DNA of 64,000 nucleotides from Haliotis rufescens (Eukaryota), in the NCBI RefSeq assembly GCF_023055435.1, contig NW_025964334.1, positions 1,860,001 to 1,924,000 of the forward strand, in the 5' to 3' direction. Made by a program: the position numbers and the translations under genes. Within the stretch, counting starts at the first letter, position 1; every line of letters begins with the position of its first letter. Positions 24,517-36,968 of the stretch are shown one piece after another. The notes under the pieces are model-generated. The model ran no database searches and was not told the origin of the DNA. It worked only from the letters and a program-made list of their open reading frames with translations.

Positions 24517-27191
24517 CATTAAATTATTGTATCATATATTGGTGTAGCAAATAAATGTGTGAGTGCTCGGTGACATATGATAAGACTGCCTCTCACCTAT
24601 GTGACATCTTGGACTCGTCCATTGCTGTGATGTGATCAGTCTACATGGTATTCGAGGGGGTGACAGGCATCTGTTGGGCAGTCACCGTGGAACCTGCCAA
24701 TATCATGGACTGTTATTGCCTGTTTGGTCACATCGTATACCATGGTGAAACTGTGTGTGTGTAAATATATATATATATATAAATCAATGTTGATGCCATT
24801 CATCCAGAAAGATACTGTACAGCACAACTGCAGTGTAAATTCATCAGTTCCTGTAACCATGGTAACGGATTGGTTTAAGACTTTATCCAGTGTGGAACTA
24901 GACCGACTGAAAACTGTGGAGTGAAAGTATGTTAGTTTTGTGCAAAAACATTCTTGCAATTTCATTTAGATAATCAATCATTGTTAATATTATTACTTGG
25001 AGTTGTTTTATAGAAAGCATGTTACCATGTGAGACATGTGAGATAAATAGATTTATCACCTATCATTGTTACCTGCAGGGTCACGTGACCTCCATTTCCA
25101 GGGCATGAAAGCATGGCTACATATCAGTTTGTTGATGAAGTTTGTCTGTTTGCTTCTCCTGGGCACAACAACTTTATTCATGTTCAAGTTATCCTGACTC
25201 TAGCTACCACAGGTCCCGTTCCACGAAGCGATCTTAGCGCTAAGGTGATCCCAACTCCCATGCTTCAACAAGGGCGTATGATGATCACGGGGCTAGGATC
25301 CCATTCTTTGTGGAAGTGGCAACATACTTAGTGGATAAACATTTAAATAGCAGTGGCCTGGGATTTTCATTTGAAACTTGATTTTAGTCACATTTCGAAC
25401 ATTTCGAAAATATATTTCATACAAGAAGATCCTTTTTTTAGCCCATCAGATGTGTTATATCTGCTTCACTCTAGCAGTTTATCTTAGTTATCTAACAGCA
25501 GCGCAAATATTGAATTGATATTTCTTCGCTGAATTGTAATTCATTAAACGATTCCAGGCCAGTTGGTCAATAGGGATTTTGAACACACGTTTCTAATCAG
25601 CAATCACAACTCATGTATGAATGGATTCTACTTAAGTGTGAGTTTTTTACAAAAGTTTTCAATCATGCCCATCTGATGTTCATCCAGCGCTTATTGAATC
25701 ATGCAAGCTGATACGTGTAAGTAGCATCAGGAAGTGAACTCGTGTAACTTAATGGACTCTTTGACGTCTCCATTGACACTTTCCATGGTGTCGAACAAAA
25801 AGATTTGTATCCTTTGCCGTGTTGTGAAAATGGCAGCTCATGGTTATGACACAGTCAGCAAGTTTATCATCCAATTTCATCATGGTCAGAGGGAATTGAA
25901 GACTGAAAGGGACCTTGCATATACTGGCAGCTCGTAACTTAAATATGCATGTCTTGTCGTCATAGTAACCGTGTTTCTGGAGGAAGGTGGTCCGATACCT
26001 TGACAGATCCACCAACATCATTCATTATCATTTCATGGAATTGAATGACAAATACTTTTATCAGCTGACATTAAATTCACCTGAATATTAATTGAGGATA
26101 TGTCCTTTCTGAAAATACAAACAATTGGCCATCTGGCTACACATTTTTCACATTGTAGGGCGGTGCCGCTTTTACAGATATAATTAAATATGGCCGCAGC
26201 TGCAGCCATATTAATTTGTCACATGGGCAAATACTCCAACATTTCAGGATGGATCACAACCTGAAGTCTTTTGTGAGTTGTATGATTGAAAAATTTGATA
26301 TAAATTTCAAACATTCAAATGAGATGCATGGCTTTATTTTCCCATTTGGTTTTTAGAGCCCAGATTTTAAACATTTCTTTTAATACGAGGGAAATTACCC
26401 ACTGATTAAGTATTTATCGATGGGGGATACACAAAAATATGAAGCTTGTCATCCATACTGTGTCTGAAGTCTCACAGCTCAGGAAACTCTCTGCTTTATC
26501 AGCCAAACCTTCACATCAGTTCCAGATGCTTCCAGCTTATGTAATGCAATGGAAGGCTTCCGTAGTCTGATGACGACCGAGTTTGTGTCACGCTGCATTG
26601 TATAGACTCCACATGTCAGGGTCTATCATCATTCCAGTCTTACTAACATAGACAGCCTTCGTTCACCATCACTAAACGTGTAGACACAATGGTGCTCGCG
26701 CCGTCAGTAGGGTCATCATAGGAGTCAGGGTTAGAGTATGGGAGTTAAGACAGGTGTACTGTAAAAGATTGCTCTATGAAATTGAGGCCTATATGAAGTC
26801 TGGATACGTTTTGACATTTTTACAAATTCCTATCAAGTCGTGAAAACATTTGCCATTTGTTTATGAATTGTCTGTTAAAAGTGAGAGATTTATTCTGTTT
26901 TGAGCTATATTCGTAGTAACGTACGAGTAGACAGACATGCCAGTATATCGTCATGGTCCAAGGTAGTTCTTCATCCTTCCCATGCCTTCCATTCCTGAGA
27001 CGTTTAATCTTCCAAGACTTTCTTTAATTCCCTGGCTTTTGTGTGTGATTGCTTCTAGTGACATGCCCTCAGTTGGTGTGGAGTGTAGCTGTAGAGAAAG
27101 TGTTCTGTACAAATATTGCATTCTTTTCTTAGTAAAGTGTTGTGTTCAAACTAAATGCAGCCTCTCAGAGGAAGGCTCAAGTCAGGGGATG

Positions 27192-27197
27192 AATAAA
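27192..27197 (+). terminator. Candidate PHRF1 polyadenylation signal (distal); proximal AATAAA at ~24549
   Basis: AATAAA at the end of a ~2.7-kb SINE-free stretch after the stop codon. Confidence 0.3.
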
Positions 27198-29199
27198 TAA
27201 GATGTTAAACAATGAAACATTGATATTAGTCACCTTTATTGTATTCGAACTAGTCTTTTAACACGATATCCTGAAATGTTCCTGATTCCTTTGCACAACG
27301 TTCAGCTTTTGCTGTCTTTTCAAGATAGGATTTTGTGGACAGAAGCAGACTAGGGAGCGCACATAACCTGATGAAACTTGGTTTGTGGCGTGTAACTTAT
27401 TGTACATTATTGGGTATTAGCCAAAGTCCAAGGATTCTTTCTGGACAATCAAGGAAGTAAACTCAAAATGTGTATTTTTTAAAAATCATCGTATATATTT
27501 TTTAGAAAGTGTTAAAACGTAAACATAATCGATGATGGTTCTTGTGGAGCAGTGCTTATTTATCTATTTATGGGAATTAAGATGTTTGAAAGTAATGCGA
27601 TTCTTAATTCCATTTTCAAGATAATCATTAACTTAGAGACATGTTCAGATTTTACCAATTTCAATTGAATAAAGGTATGGGACTAATAATTTCAAGGTGG
27701 AGTTGGGAATGCGTCGGCTGATACGAATGTGCTGGTGGCTAATACCCCATAATGTGAGATAGCAGACATTTGTGGTTTGTGTTCTTCTCTCATTATCTCA
27801 CCCTCACATTTAAATAAACCAAGATGCTAAAACGCTGTTAGAAATAGCTGGTCTATTATCAACTGTCAGTTTGATTCTGACCTTGAAAGGATCTTGTAAG
27901 AACCTGTATTGTTTTTGTCATGGCTATTGAAAATCGCAAATCATGACTTTAATTGGAGACAGTGCAAATATTTTTGAATGCATTTATACCTGTCTTTAAG
28001 GTTGCTTCTGAGTTTGTGAAGAATGACGTTCAGAAAAATTTAAGTGAAGCACGTTATTCATTTGATTACTCTGTTCAGGTTTATGTGTTTCACGGTCAGA
28101 TTTATAGAATGTTTTTAAAAGTATTTACCATTATTTTGTGGGTCTTTGTTGATACAGCATATATAGCGACAGGATTATGTCAGTCTCAGCTACCGACGTA
28201 TTTGGTAGAACAGAAAACAAGGATAATTCTTGTCTGTTGTTTGCCCAGATCATGTACAACATTAATTTTCTTCATAAGGAAAAGACATTGGTATTCCATC
28301 AATTTGTGTAAGGGTAAGTACGTTGTCAGTTTGCCATTTTATGAAGACAAGCAATGTCCAGATCAAGAATTATTCCCGAACCAAAGGATAGAAAACCTGT
28401 CGGAGATATTGAGAAAAGGTTGTGCTTGTGGGTTTCTATGCATTGGAATAGGACATATTCTGACGGTTTTATCAGGCTTGTTGCCTCTAAAGTCTGACAG
28501 TATTTATTGTAGAGATTTAACTGTTTCTATGGTGAGACAAAGTCTGCTACTCTGTACTTCTTGAACCACAACCAGGGGTACAAATTTATCGCGGCATACA
28601 AGACAACAAGTAACAAAAACCGTGAAAAACAGGTTTCTACCCACTGGGCTTGATGAGCCCTGGGTCTGCTGGGTAGGAATTACCACATTTGGTAGGATGG
28701 ATGAATGAAATTCTTCACAAATATCAAGCAAGTGTTAGGTTTAGTTTATTGTGTGGTCCCTCACTCTAACACATACTATGGGTGACGTATAGGATTTGTT
28801 CATAATGAACATGTAAAAATCATGAATATATATTAGAAAATACGAATTGTCAGATCACTCGCAAACATTGCCAAAACACCGCATCCCTGCCTCTTGTACT
28901 CTGAACATAAATAATCATCATAGGTTTATGGGGAGCAGAATCATTCAGCTTTTGTCTCTCAGAATGAAATCACACTTTCTGTGTTGCCTCTATGAAGAGC
29001 TCAGACCCCATAGGCTGATACCAAGGGGGTCCAGGGAGTCCGGATCACCCTTTTTGAAAACGAAATGTAGAAGACAACCTCCCCCACCCTCCCCACGTGT
29101 TTTTACTGTGTACTTTTAAACCTCACAAATTGATATGTCCAGCTCATTTGAGGAAATATGATGTGTTATCCTGCCCATTAAGTTCTGGGCTTTGTCAGT

Positions 29200-29361
29200 T
29201 GAGTGAGTTGGGTTTTATGCTGCTTTTAGCAATACTCAAGCTATATCACAGCCGGGGGACACCAAAAATGGGCTTCACACATTGTACCCATGTGGGGAAT
29301 GGAACCCAGACCTTTGGCATGATGAGCAAACGCTTTAACCACTAAGCTACCCGACTGCCCC
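29200..29361 (-). mobile_element. SINE family A
   Basis: Reverse complement of the full family A consensus. Confidence 0.85.
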
Positions 29362-29920
29362 TTCATCAGTGGAATTTGTGATGATGATGATGTGTTTGGA
29401 AATGTTTGTCAAAAATTGCTTATTTTGCAAATTGCCTCTGAGGCTGAGGTAGTCTGACGTGTTGTATTGGCAGTGTTGTGTTGGCTGTGTGTTATGGTGA
29501 GGGACTTTTGTATATGGATTGTGCTATAGTACATGTTCTTCTCTCATGTCTACATGCAATAAACATGATCAACCCATAGGACTTGTGTCATCTTTGTGGT
29601 CTTGGAATGACAAGGCTGAAGCATATGTTGGTGATACCAGGCTGTGATGTATACTCTACACACACAAAAATTAATAAAGGGATGGGAACATTTTTGGGGA
29701 TATTTTTTATTCAAATGTGTGTTGAGTATTCACTACAAAAAAATATCCCCAAAAATATTGATGATCCCTAAAAACCATCACAGGAATACTGTATTTTTGG
29801 ATTCTTCAGTATACAAGTGATATCTTGACAGAATGTACAAAGTTTTAACATTGAAGTTTGTGGAAACTGTCCTTGGTGTACTGGAAATAATATTCAGGTA
29901 AATAAAACTCATGATCCCTT

Positions 29921-30200
29921 TGGGGGGCACGGGTGGCCCAGTCTAAGGCGCCGCGATTCGCTTGAAGAGTTGCGTCCCTTTGGCACGCCAGAAACCTATG
30001 ATTGTGGGTTCGAATCCCGGTTCGCCCCGATTATGTGTCTAGGTTTGTCAGCACCATACCCGTGCTCGTGGGTTTCACCGAAGTGGTAAACATCTGAAAC
30101 CTGCATCACTTCGGGCTTTCCGCCCACATTAAGCTGACACACCGGATATAACTGGAATACTGTTAAAAGCGGCGTTAAACCCAACACACACACACACACA
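29921..30200 (+). mobile_element. tRNA-derived SINE family D, full length
   Basis: GGGGCACGGGTGGCCCAGT A-box, GGGTTCGAATCCCGG B-box, tail GATATAACTGGAATACTGTTAAAAGCGGCGTTAAACCC(AC)n; other copies at 31993-32062 + 32719-32946 and ~60385-60580. Confidence 0.8.
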
Positions 30201-30443
30201 AAATCAATTCCTTTGTTTAAACTTCTCTGACATGGTGTATACACATGAACACAACCATACTCATAGTGGCTGGATCCGGTGGTCAGGCTCACTGACTGGG
30301 TTCATGCATTTCATATCCCAATTCTGTAGATTGGTGCTAATGACATCAATCCCTGGATTGTCCGGTCCAGACTCAATTATTTACAGACCGCCGTCATAAG
30401 GCTGTATTATTGCTGAGTGTGATGTTAACAAACAAATACTATA

Positions 30444-31938
30444 CACAAAGAAAAATGTTAAGCACACCCCTATTTCTTAACCATGACAAATGGCAAAAAT
30501 CATGGCATTGGATGACTAACCACAGAAACTGGACGATGCCAATGTCATGGGATAGAACAAACATTTGACAACAAATAAAGAAGGTATTGGTGACATGGTA
30601 ACAGGTACTGTTTTTTACCTTAGACAATACCTCATCAAAGTATGGAGCTGCAAGATTAAGTAAACGAGTTAAGTTTGATGTTTCATGTGAAAATGGTCCT
30701 TAAAATCTCTACTTAACATGACACGTGAAACAGATCAGTAGCGGGTATATCCGCCACGTGCCCGGGTGACGCATTCCACCCTAGGTCTCATGCCTCCAGT
30801 CAGACGTTGGATCTGTTGATGGGCCAACAACCACTCCTGATGCAATGCCGCTTCCAACTTCCGTAAATCTTGTACAGGAGGATCTCGTGCCTGTATGCGC
30901 CGCCCCAGAATATACAAAACATGTTCAAGGGGGTTCAAATCTGGGCTCATTGCTGGCCAGGGTAAAGTCGTTATTGCATTGGCCCTCATGTAATCCACGA
31001 CTGCAGGCGAACGATGAGGCCTGGCATTGTCATCCATGTACTGAGGTCGAGTAGGAAGAGGGTGGTTGTCAAAATGATGAACGACGACTGGCCTCAAAAC
31101 GTCCCGGATGTACTGAGCCACTGTTGAGTTGCCCCTTATGGTGACCAAATCCAACCTGCAATCATGAGCGACACACCCCCTAACCATTACCGAGCCCCCG
31201 CCGTATGCAACAGTCGGTTTAATGTTCCTGGGGGTGTAGGCCGTGTTCCGGTGCCTCCAAACTCTCGTTCTTCCATCAGTGACGTGGAGCAGAAAGAGAC
31301 TTTCGTCTGACCAATGGATTCGTCTCTAAGTTCTCAGATTCCAGTTCTGTCACGCAATACACCATGCTAAACGAGCAGCTTTGTGGTGATCTCTCAACAA
31401 GGGACGCTTTATGACTCGTCTAGCCCTCAGTCCTGCTGCTTTCAGACGGTTCCTGACGGTTCTGGTGCTGAAACGACGATTGGGCAACCACAGCTGCTCC
31501 AGACGAGTCCTTGTTAAAAAGAGTTCTCGGCGTATGAGACGAAGAAGGTCCCTGTCTTCGTGATGTGTCGTCACGGGAGGTCTGACGGATCTGGGACAGT
31601 CCTGTACATCAGCGGTCTGGGCATGCATGCCGATTATTTGCCATCTTGTGGCGTTTGATAATCGCCCTCGTACCCTGGTCATACACTGTCATGGAATAAC
31701 TGTTTAAAACCGAGCTTAAGAAAGCAATTTTCACGTTTGGATATACTGCTTTTAGAGATAGGGAAGCATGCTGCACGGGCATACCATGCAGGGCACGTGA
31801 GCTTTCGTCACGCATGACTGATTACATCATTCGAGAAAACATAATTTTCCTCTTAAATATGTCTTTCATGATTGTAACAAATATTTGGACCAAACAGTAA
31901 TGAAATATATTAGGGTGTGCCTAACCTTTTTCTTTGTG
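30444..31938 (-). mobile_element. Defective Tc1/mariner (DD34E-type) transposon
   Basis: TA-flanked TIRs CACAAAGAAAAA(T/G)GTTA(A/G)GCACACCC; transposase pieces 31682-31350 (HTH, shortened), a WSDES motif near 31310, and 31187-30735 (DDNARPH..WPAMSPDLNPLEH..ARGGYTRY), broken by stops. Confidence 0.92.
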
Positions 31939-32141
31939 TATATATTTACGCAGGGGGCTTCTAGGCCCTATTCTGAACATTCCAAACAAAACAGGGGGCA
32001 CGGGTGGCCCAGTCGTCTAAGGCGCCGCGATTCGCTGTGCAGAATTGTGTCCCTTGGGCACGTGTTTTTGTTTTTGTGTGTTATTGTTTTGTGTGTTATT
32101 GTTTTGTGTGTGGGTGTGTGGTATGGGTGTGTTTGTTTCAT

Positions 32142-32144
<3 letters not shown>

Positions 32145-32191
<47 letters not shown>
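32145..32191. repeat. (GT)n microsatellite
   Basis: About 22 GT repeats, preceded by degenerate GT-rich sequence. Confidence 0.95.
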
Positions 32192-32193
<2 letters not shown>

Positions 32194-32367
32194 GCCAGCG
32201 AATCCTGGCGGGTACGGGACCTAACTCCAATAAACGTCTTCATATCAAAGTCACTATTGTGAGATATTGAATGCATCGTAGGAAATTTGCCGATATACCT
32301 GAATCCAGTTTCTCATGTCACGCGAGCTTGCAATTCGAGTGAACATAAACTATTTACACCAACTTAC

Positions 32368-32542
32368 GAACAGCACAGTCGTCCCCGCCATAGCCACCAG
32401 TGCAGCTGCAGACAGTTGTGCAGGCCGTGGGACAGGTGCCGTGGCCGTTACAGCTGGCGTCGTTGATGCAGTTCGCTGCCCACGTGGAGGTGATGGTGAC
32501 GCAAAGCAGCGTTACTGTTGATGACAAAACATCATGTCTCAT
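32368..32542 (-). CDS. Exon encoding a signal peptide + EGF-like domain; downstream exons not found
   Basis: Pyrimidine-rich acceptor TGTCTTCAG ending at 32552, 9-nt UTR, MRHDVLSSTVTLLCVTITSTWA then CINDASCNGHGTC..VCSCTGGYGGDDC, phase-1 GTAAGT donor at 32367. Confidence 0.6.
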
Positions 32543-33070
32543 TCAAAACGCCTGAAGACAGGAGTAAGAGGGAGGAATTATGTATACTCACATTGGGCAG
32601 CAAACAGACACATTCTTATAACGCAAAGTGTGAATGGTGGGTGCTACCAGTAGAGCAGGACATGCTTACCCTTTTAGAGAACACCTGGTGTCATCACCGA
32701 TTTTCAGTGATCCTTTCATCCCTTCGGCATGCTAGAAACCTAAGATTGTGGGTTCGAATCCCGGTTCGCCCCAATTATGTTTCTAAGTTTGTCAGCACCA
32801 TACCCGTGCTCGTGGGTTTCACCGAAGTGGTAAACGTCTTAGACCTGCATCACTTCGGGCTTTCCTCCCACATTAAGCTGACACGCCGCGATATAACTGG
32901 ACTACTGTTAAAAGCGGCGTGAAACCCAACTCACTCACTCACTCACCCAAACAAAACAGAAATGGGTACACCAGTATTATATACTCGGCCATTGTTGTAG
33001 TTGAAGCACCTCCATCCCCTCATAAAACAGCTTGATAATGCATATAGTATAGATTAACATTTTTCTTTTG

Positions 33071-33622
33071 GACCAATGAAGATCCGGGGTAGAATAGGTC
33101 TTCAGCAACCCATGGTGGCTTGGCATAAAAGGCGACTGTATACTTGTCGTAAGAGGCGACTAACGGGATCGGGTGGTCAGGCTCGCTGACTTGGTTCATG
33201 CATGTCATCGATCCCAAATGCGTTGATTGATGTTCATGATGTCAATCACTTGATTGTCTGGTCTAGAGTCGATTATTTACAGGCCGCTGTCATATAGCTG
33301 GAATATTGCTGAGTGTTGCATGCGTTAAACAACAAATGAAACGAAACGAATGCAACATGGTTGATTGTTGTTTAACTCCAGCAATATTGTTGAGTGCGCT
33401 GTTAAACAACATACAAACAAACAAACGTAAAAGGCGACTAACGGGTCGGGTCGGGTCGGGTGGTCAGGCTCGCTGACTTGGTTGACGCGTGTCGTGGTAT
33501 CCCAATTGCGTGGGTCGATGTTCGTGATATCAACCACTGGTCCATACCCGATTATTTACAGAACTCCGTCATATAGCTTGAATATTGCTTAGTGCAGCGT
33601 TAAACAACAAACAAACAAACAA
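33071..33622 (+). mobile_element. Two adjacent SINE family B copies
   Basis: Copies at 33071-33336 and ~33428-33622 match the family B consensus. Confidence 0.85.
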
Positions 33623-33698
33623 ATTTAAGCGTGCTCGTGGATATACTTATTGATGAATCCAGGCATGTCTTCTGGTCTTAGAGCACACCGGCCACAAC

Positions 33699-33851
33699 GA
33701 GTGAGAGTGAGTATGGTTTTACGCCACATTTAGCAATATCAAGGCGGGCTACACCAGAAATGGGCGTTACACATTGTACCCATGTGGGGAATCGAACTCG
33801 CGTTTTCGGCGTGAAGGGCGACCGCTAAACCACTAGGCTACCCTTAGCCCC
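33699..33851 (-). mobile_element. SINE family A
   Basis: Reverse complement of the family A consensus. Confidence 0.82.
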
Positions 33852-34125
33852 GAAAAGAGTGCATTATTGTAGACGTTGTGGGACAATGGCGTTAATAACG
33901 TATGTGAACAATTAATGTGAGTATCAAGTATAATATAAAGAACGACTATGTGTGTAAGGCACAATATGTAATTTATCATGAAGGTAAAGTAACAAGTATG
34001 GCTGCGAAAGTGTGTATAAATGTGTTTGTGTTTGTGTGCGTACGCGAGGAAATATACGCTAATTAATGGTTATGTATACAAAATGCATGTGTAGCCTCTT
34101 GATGTATTTATCTACACGTGAATGT

Positions 34126-34330
34126 AAACTGCCGTGCAAAAGAACGTAAAATTGATATCCCTAAAAAGGAAACAACCATGAAATGAGTATTCGATGCTGA
34201 TGTGTTTGATGTGGGTATCATAGTTGGATTTTGGACCTTAGTTTGCAGTATTTGTTCGACTGTTTTCAGCGTAGATCATAGTAGACCTAATATTTTGGTC
34301 AAATCTAATTTTCAAGTGCCTACATTATTT
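34126..34330. mobile_element. Old MITE related to the element hosting the Tc1 at 56762-58176
   Basis: Shares GAAACAACCA.GAAATG..TATTCGATG.TGATGT, TTTTGGACCTTA.GTTTGCA and GTCAAATC.AATTTTCAAGTG with 57997-58152. Confidence 0.65.
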
Positions 34331-34727
34331 AGTTTATATCACGGAAGTAAGAAAGGATAACCTTTACAGGAGTATATGACGAGGAAACTTGGTTTGATTT
34401 TCTATTTGATAAATGGGTGGGTCGCGTACCCTCTTCCGCTGAACACTAAAGCTATGAATCGCGCGTGGTACATATCGCGACTTTGTTGGTAAGGAAGTAC
34501 TTCAGTACTTGTGCCAATCACACTGTCGTCTCCGCCCTTGTGTTCAATCTGTGCAATCTGTAAGTGATAGTTTCACACGTACTCAAGACGCCACGCTAGT
34601 CTGCAACATTGTTGGTCCTTTGTGAACGTTATGTTCTTAATTTCATTTCCTTGAACCGTCTGAAACACTCAACTTTACTCCAGTCGGTAATCTTACATTT
34701 ATTTTAAGTGCATATATTATACTTTAC

Positions 34728-34826
34728 CTGTAGTGATGTTGAAACACATTTTGAGGTTAGAAATATGGAATAAATCGAGTTTGTCTAATGTCTGATAGAA
34801 TTCCACCCCAATCGCTTATTTAAATA
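34728..34826 (-). promoter_or_regulatory. Candidate TATA box and non-coding first exon of the EGF gene
   Basis: TATTTAAATA at 34817-34826, Inr-like TCAGAC ~30 nt downstream on -, CAG|GTAAAG donor at 34727. Confidence 0.4.
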
Positions 34827-35079
34827 GCTCAAAACAAGTACACTTGTTCTTAAAAGCATGCAATGATCTACATCTACAATATCAGTTATTCCTCGAAATA
34901 TAGGCCTAATAATCCAAATAATATCGACATGATGTTGGAAATTTTATTGTGGTTCTTAGTTAAAATATTAGTTGAAATATTTAATTTCGTCTTGATTTTG
35001 TGATACTTTCATTTTCATCCGTCGATTTTTCTTCTGCATACCCTCTGCATACATGCTTACACACGAAACTCTCACACAT

Positions 35080-35256
35080 GTTCAAATTTCCCGCGAAACA
35101 ATGTTGACAATCTCAGAAGATCGTCTGCGACCGAAACTCATCACGTGGGCAAACAAATAAACCAATCAAATTCAAATATATTACGTCACACGGTCACATG
35201 ACGTAACTGTCACTATCCGTCGAACGAAGTTGTGTTTGGACATCGATCGTTTGATG
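35080..35256 (+). promoter_or_regulatory. Promoter and first exon of the STRA8-like gene
   Basis: TTCAAA 35081, TTTCCCGCGAAA 35087-35098, TCACGTG 35141-35147, CCAAT 35162, TTCAAA 35171, TTACGTCA 35181, GTCACATGAC 35193-35202, donor ATG|GTAAGA at 35257. Confidence 0.6.
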
Positions 35257-36968
35257 GTAAGAAATCTTTTTTTCAATTTTGATGGTTAATGATTATTTTA
35301 GAGACATAAAGTAATGCTTTTGATGTTTTAAATGGTATTGTTAATAATTTTGTATTCACCAAACATTAAGACAAATCCTCGATAGTATTATATTTTTTGT
35401 AGCGTAGTTTAATGTCAACACCGTGGGAACCCGTGACACGTGACATGCAGTCAGTGCTCACTGTTTGTAAACACAACCTTCTTCGTTAAAAAAATGTTTG
35501 CAAAGAAGCTGTGACAGTTCTTAAATGTTTGTCACTCGTGTGAATAGGTACTTTTGAAGAAGCGGAACTTGTTGGACGAAGCCTGATTAATGTTCTAGTG
35601 AATCTTTCGTACAATATTTTCGCAACAGACGACCAAATTTGAATTTGCCGCGAAAGTGAGCATGCCAAATTTGGGCAAGTCACACGTCGACTTTTCATTG
35701 ACTCTAAATTTTCCATAATTTCTAATGAAAACAACAATCTCAACATATGAAATTATACTTTTGTATTTTCTGAAGACATTCGAATACGTTCAATAAAACA
35801 CTTATAATTTTGTTTTCAACATTAATTAACACCATGCCCAAATACATTTCATTCGAAGAGTCAATGGGGTAGGCCTAGTGGCCCATTCAACTTTCTGAGC
35901 CTTGCTGCCGCGCACGTACAATGTCTAACGGCTGCTTTTTTAGTGGAAGAAGATTCTTAAATTCTCATGACCAAGATAACTCGACTTCAAGTCTCAAATG
36001 AAAAGGTCTTGTTTTCCGTTTGACATTCTTGATGTGATGAGGCAAAATCCTCCATGATCTGAACAAATGTGACATATGTAAGACCAATGGGAGTTTTTCC
36101 AAAGTCCCTTTTCAACGTGAATATGACATAATATAATCATCAAGACAATCGTAACAATTAATTCATACGAGAATATGACATTTAAATGATGTTCTACAAA
36201 TATTGGAGCATTAAAAAAATGTCTTAATAATATAAGGTGCATGACATAGACTTTAAATGTGAAATTTATCAATGATTTGTTTTTAGATTTACTGGATTGA
36301 GGTAATTAGAATACCTAAAAAATATTGTTCTTCATTGACCATGGTGATTCAGTAGAAACTAACATTTATAGTCCTCATTATGATAACATATTGCAAAACC
36401 CTTAAAATGGCAAATTTCTACTAGGCCTAGTCCTTATGATAACTAATTATGATTGGGCAGTTTGTCTAGGACTACAGGACTATTGCAAATTTCTAATGCT
36501 GGTGTTTTCAAGTAATATTGATGAGTGAATTACTTGTACAGTTTATATATCATTATAATGATTCAGCAAACAGAAAGTATACACGAAGCTCTCACTGGTG
36601 TTCAGTTATCTCCTAGTTATAGAGAACACTCACACTCACATACTCACATTTGTACAAGTGGGTACTGTAGTATCTTATTTGGTTAACAGAAAAAACTATT
36701 TTTATGGTAATAATATAGATATATATCTACCAAGGGCATTACCAGCTGATTACCACAATGGAGGCAGTACAGAGGTCAATCCACCATCACTATTATACTA
36801 ATAGCACCATTGAAGGTTAAAGAGTTTTTCTGCTATTAAATAGTTTTTTAATCTTGTAAAATTTGCTTTATGGCAAGGATCCTTTGACTTTGATCCCTAA
36901 TTTGGAAAACAATATTAATCCTGAAACTGTTTCCCAATTCAGGTGCAAGGCAAGTTGATTTATACAAC

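Larger units (their letters stand above)
31993..32946 (+). mobile_element. SINE family D in two halves (31993-32062 and 32719-32946) flanking a ~650-bp segment
   Basis: The 5' half ends TCCCTTGGGCACG and the 3' half starts TCCCTTCGGCATG; the intact 29921 copy has this 13-mer once. Confidence 0.65.

Noticed and set aside
27953-28564. 203-aa ORF
   Set aside because: TTG start, AT-rich, no recognisable domain or splice structure; probably a chance ORF in UTR or intergenic DNA, though not formally excluded.
34300-36950. Retinoic-acid response element for the STRA8-like gene
   Set aside because: No canonical DR2/DR5 of (A/G)G(G/T)TCA found by eye, only isolated half sites. A motif scan is needed before claiming absence.
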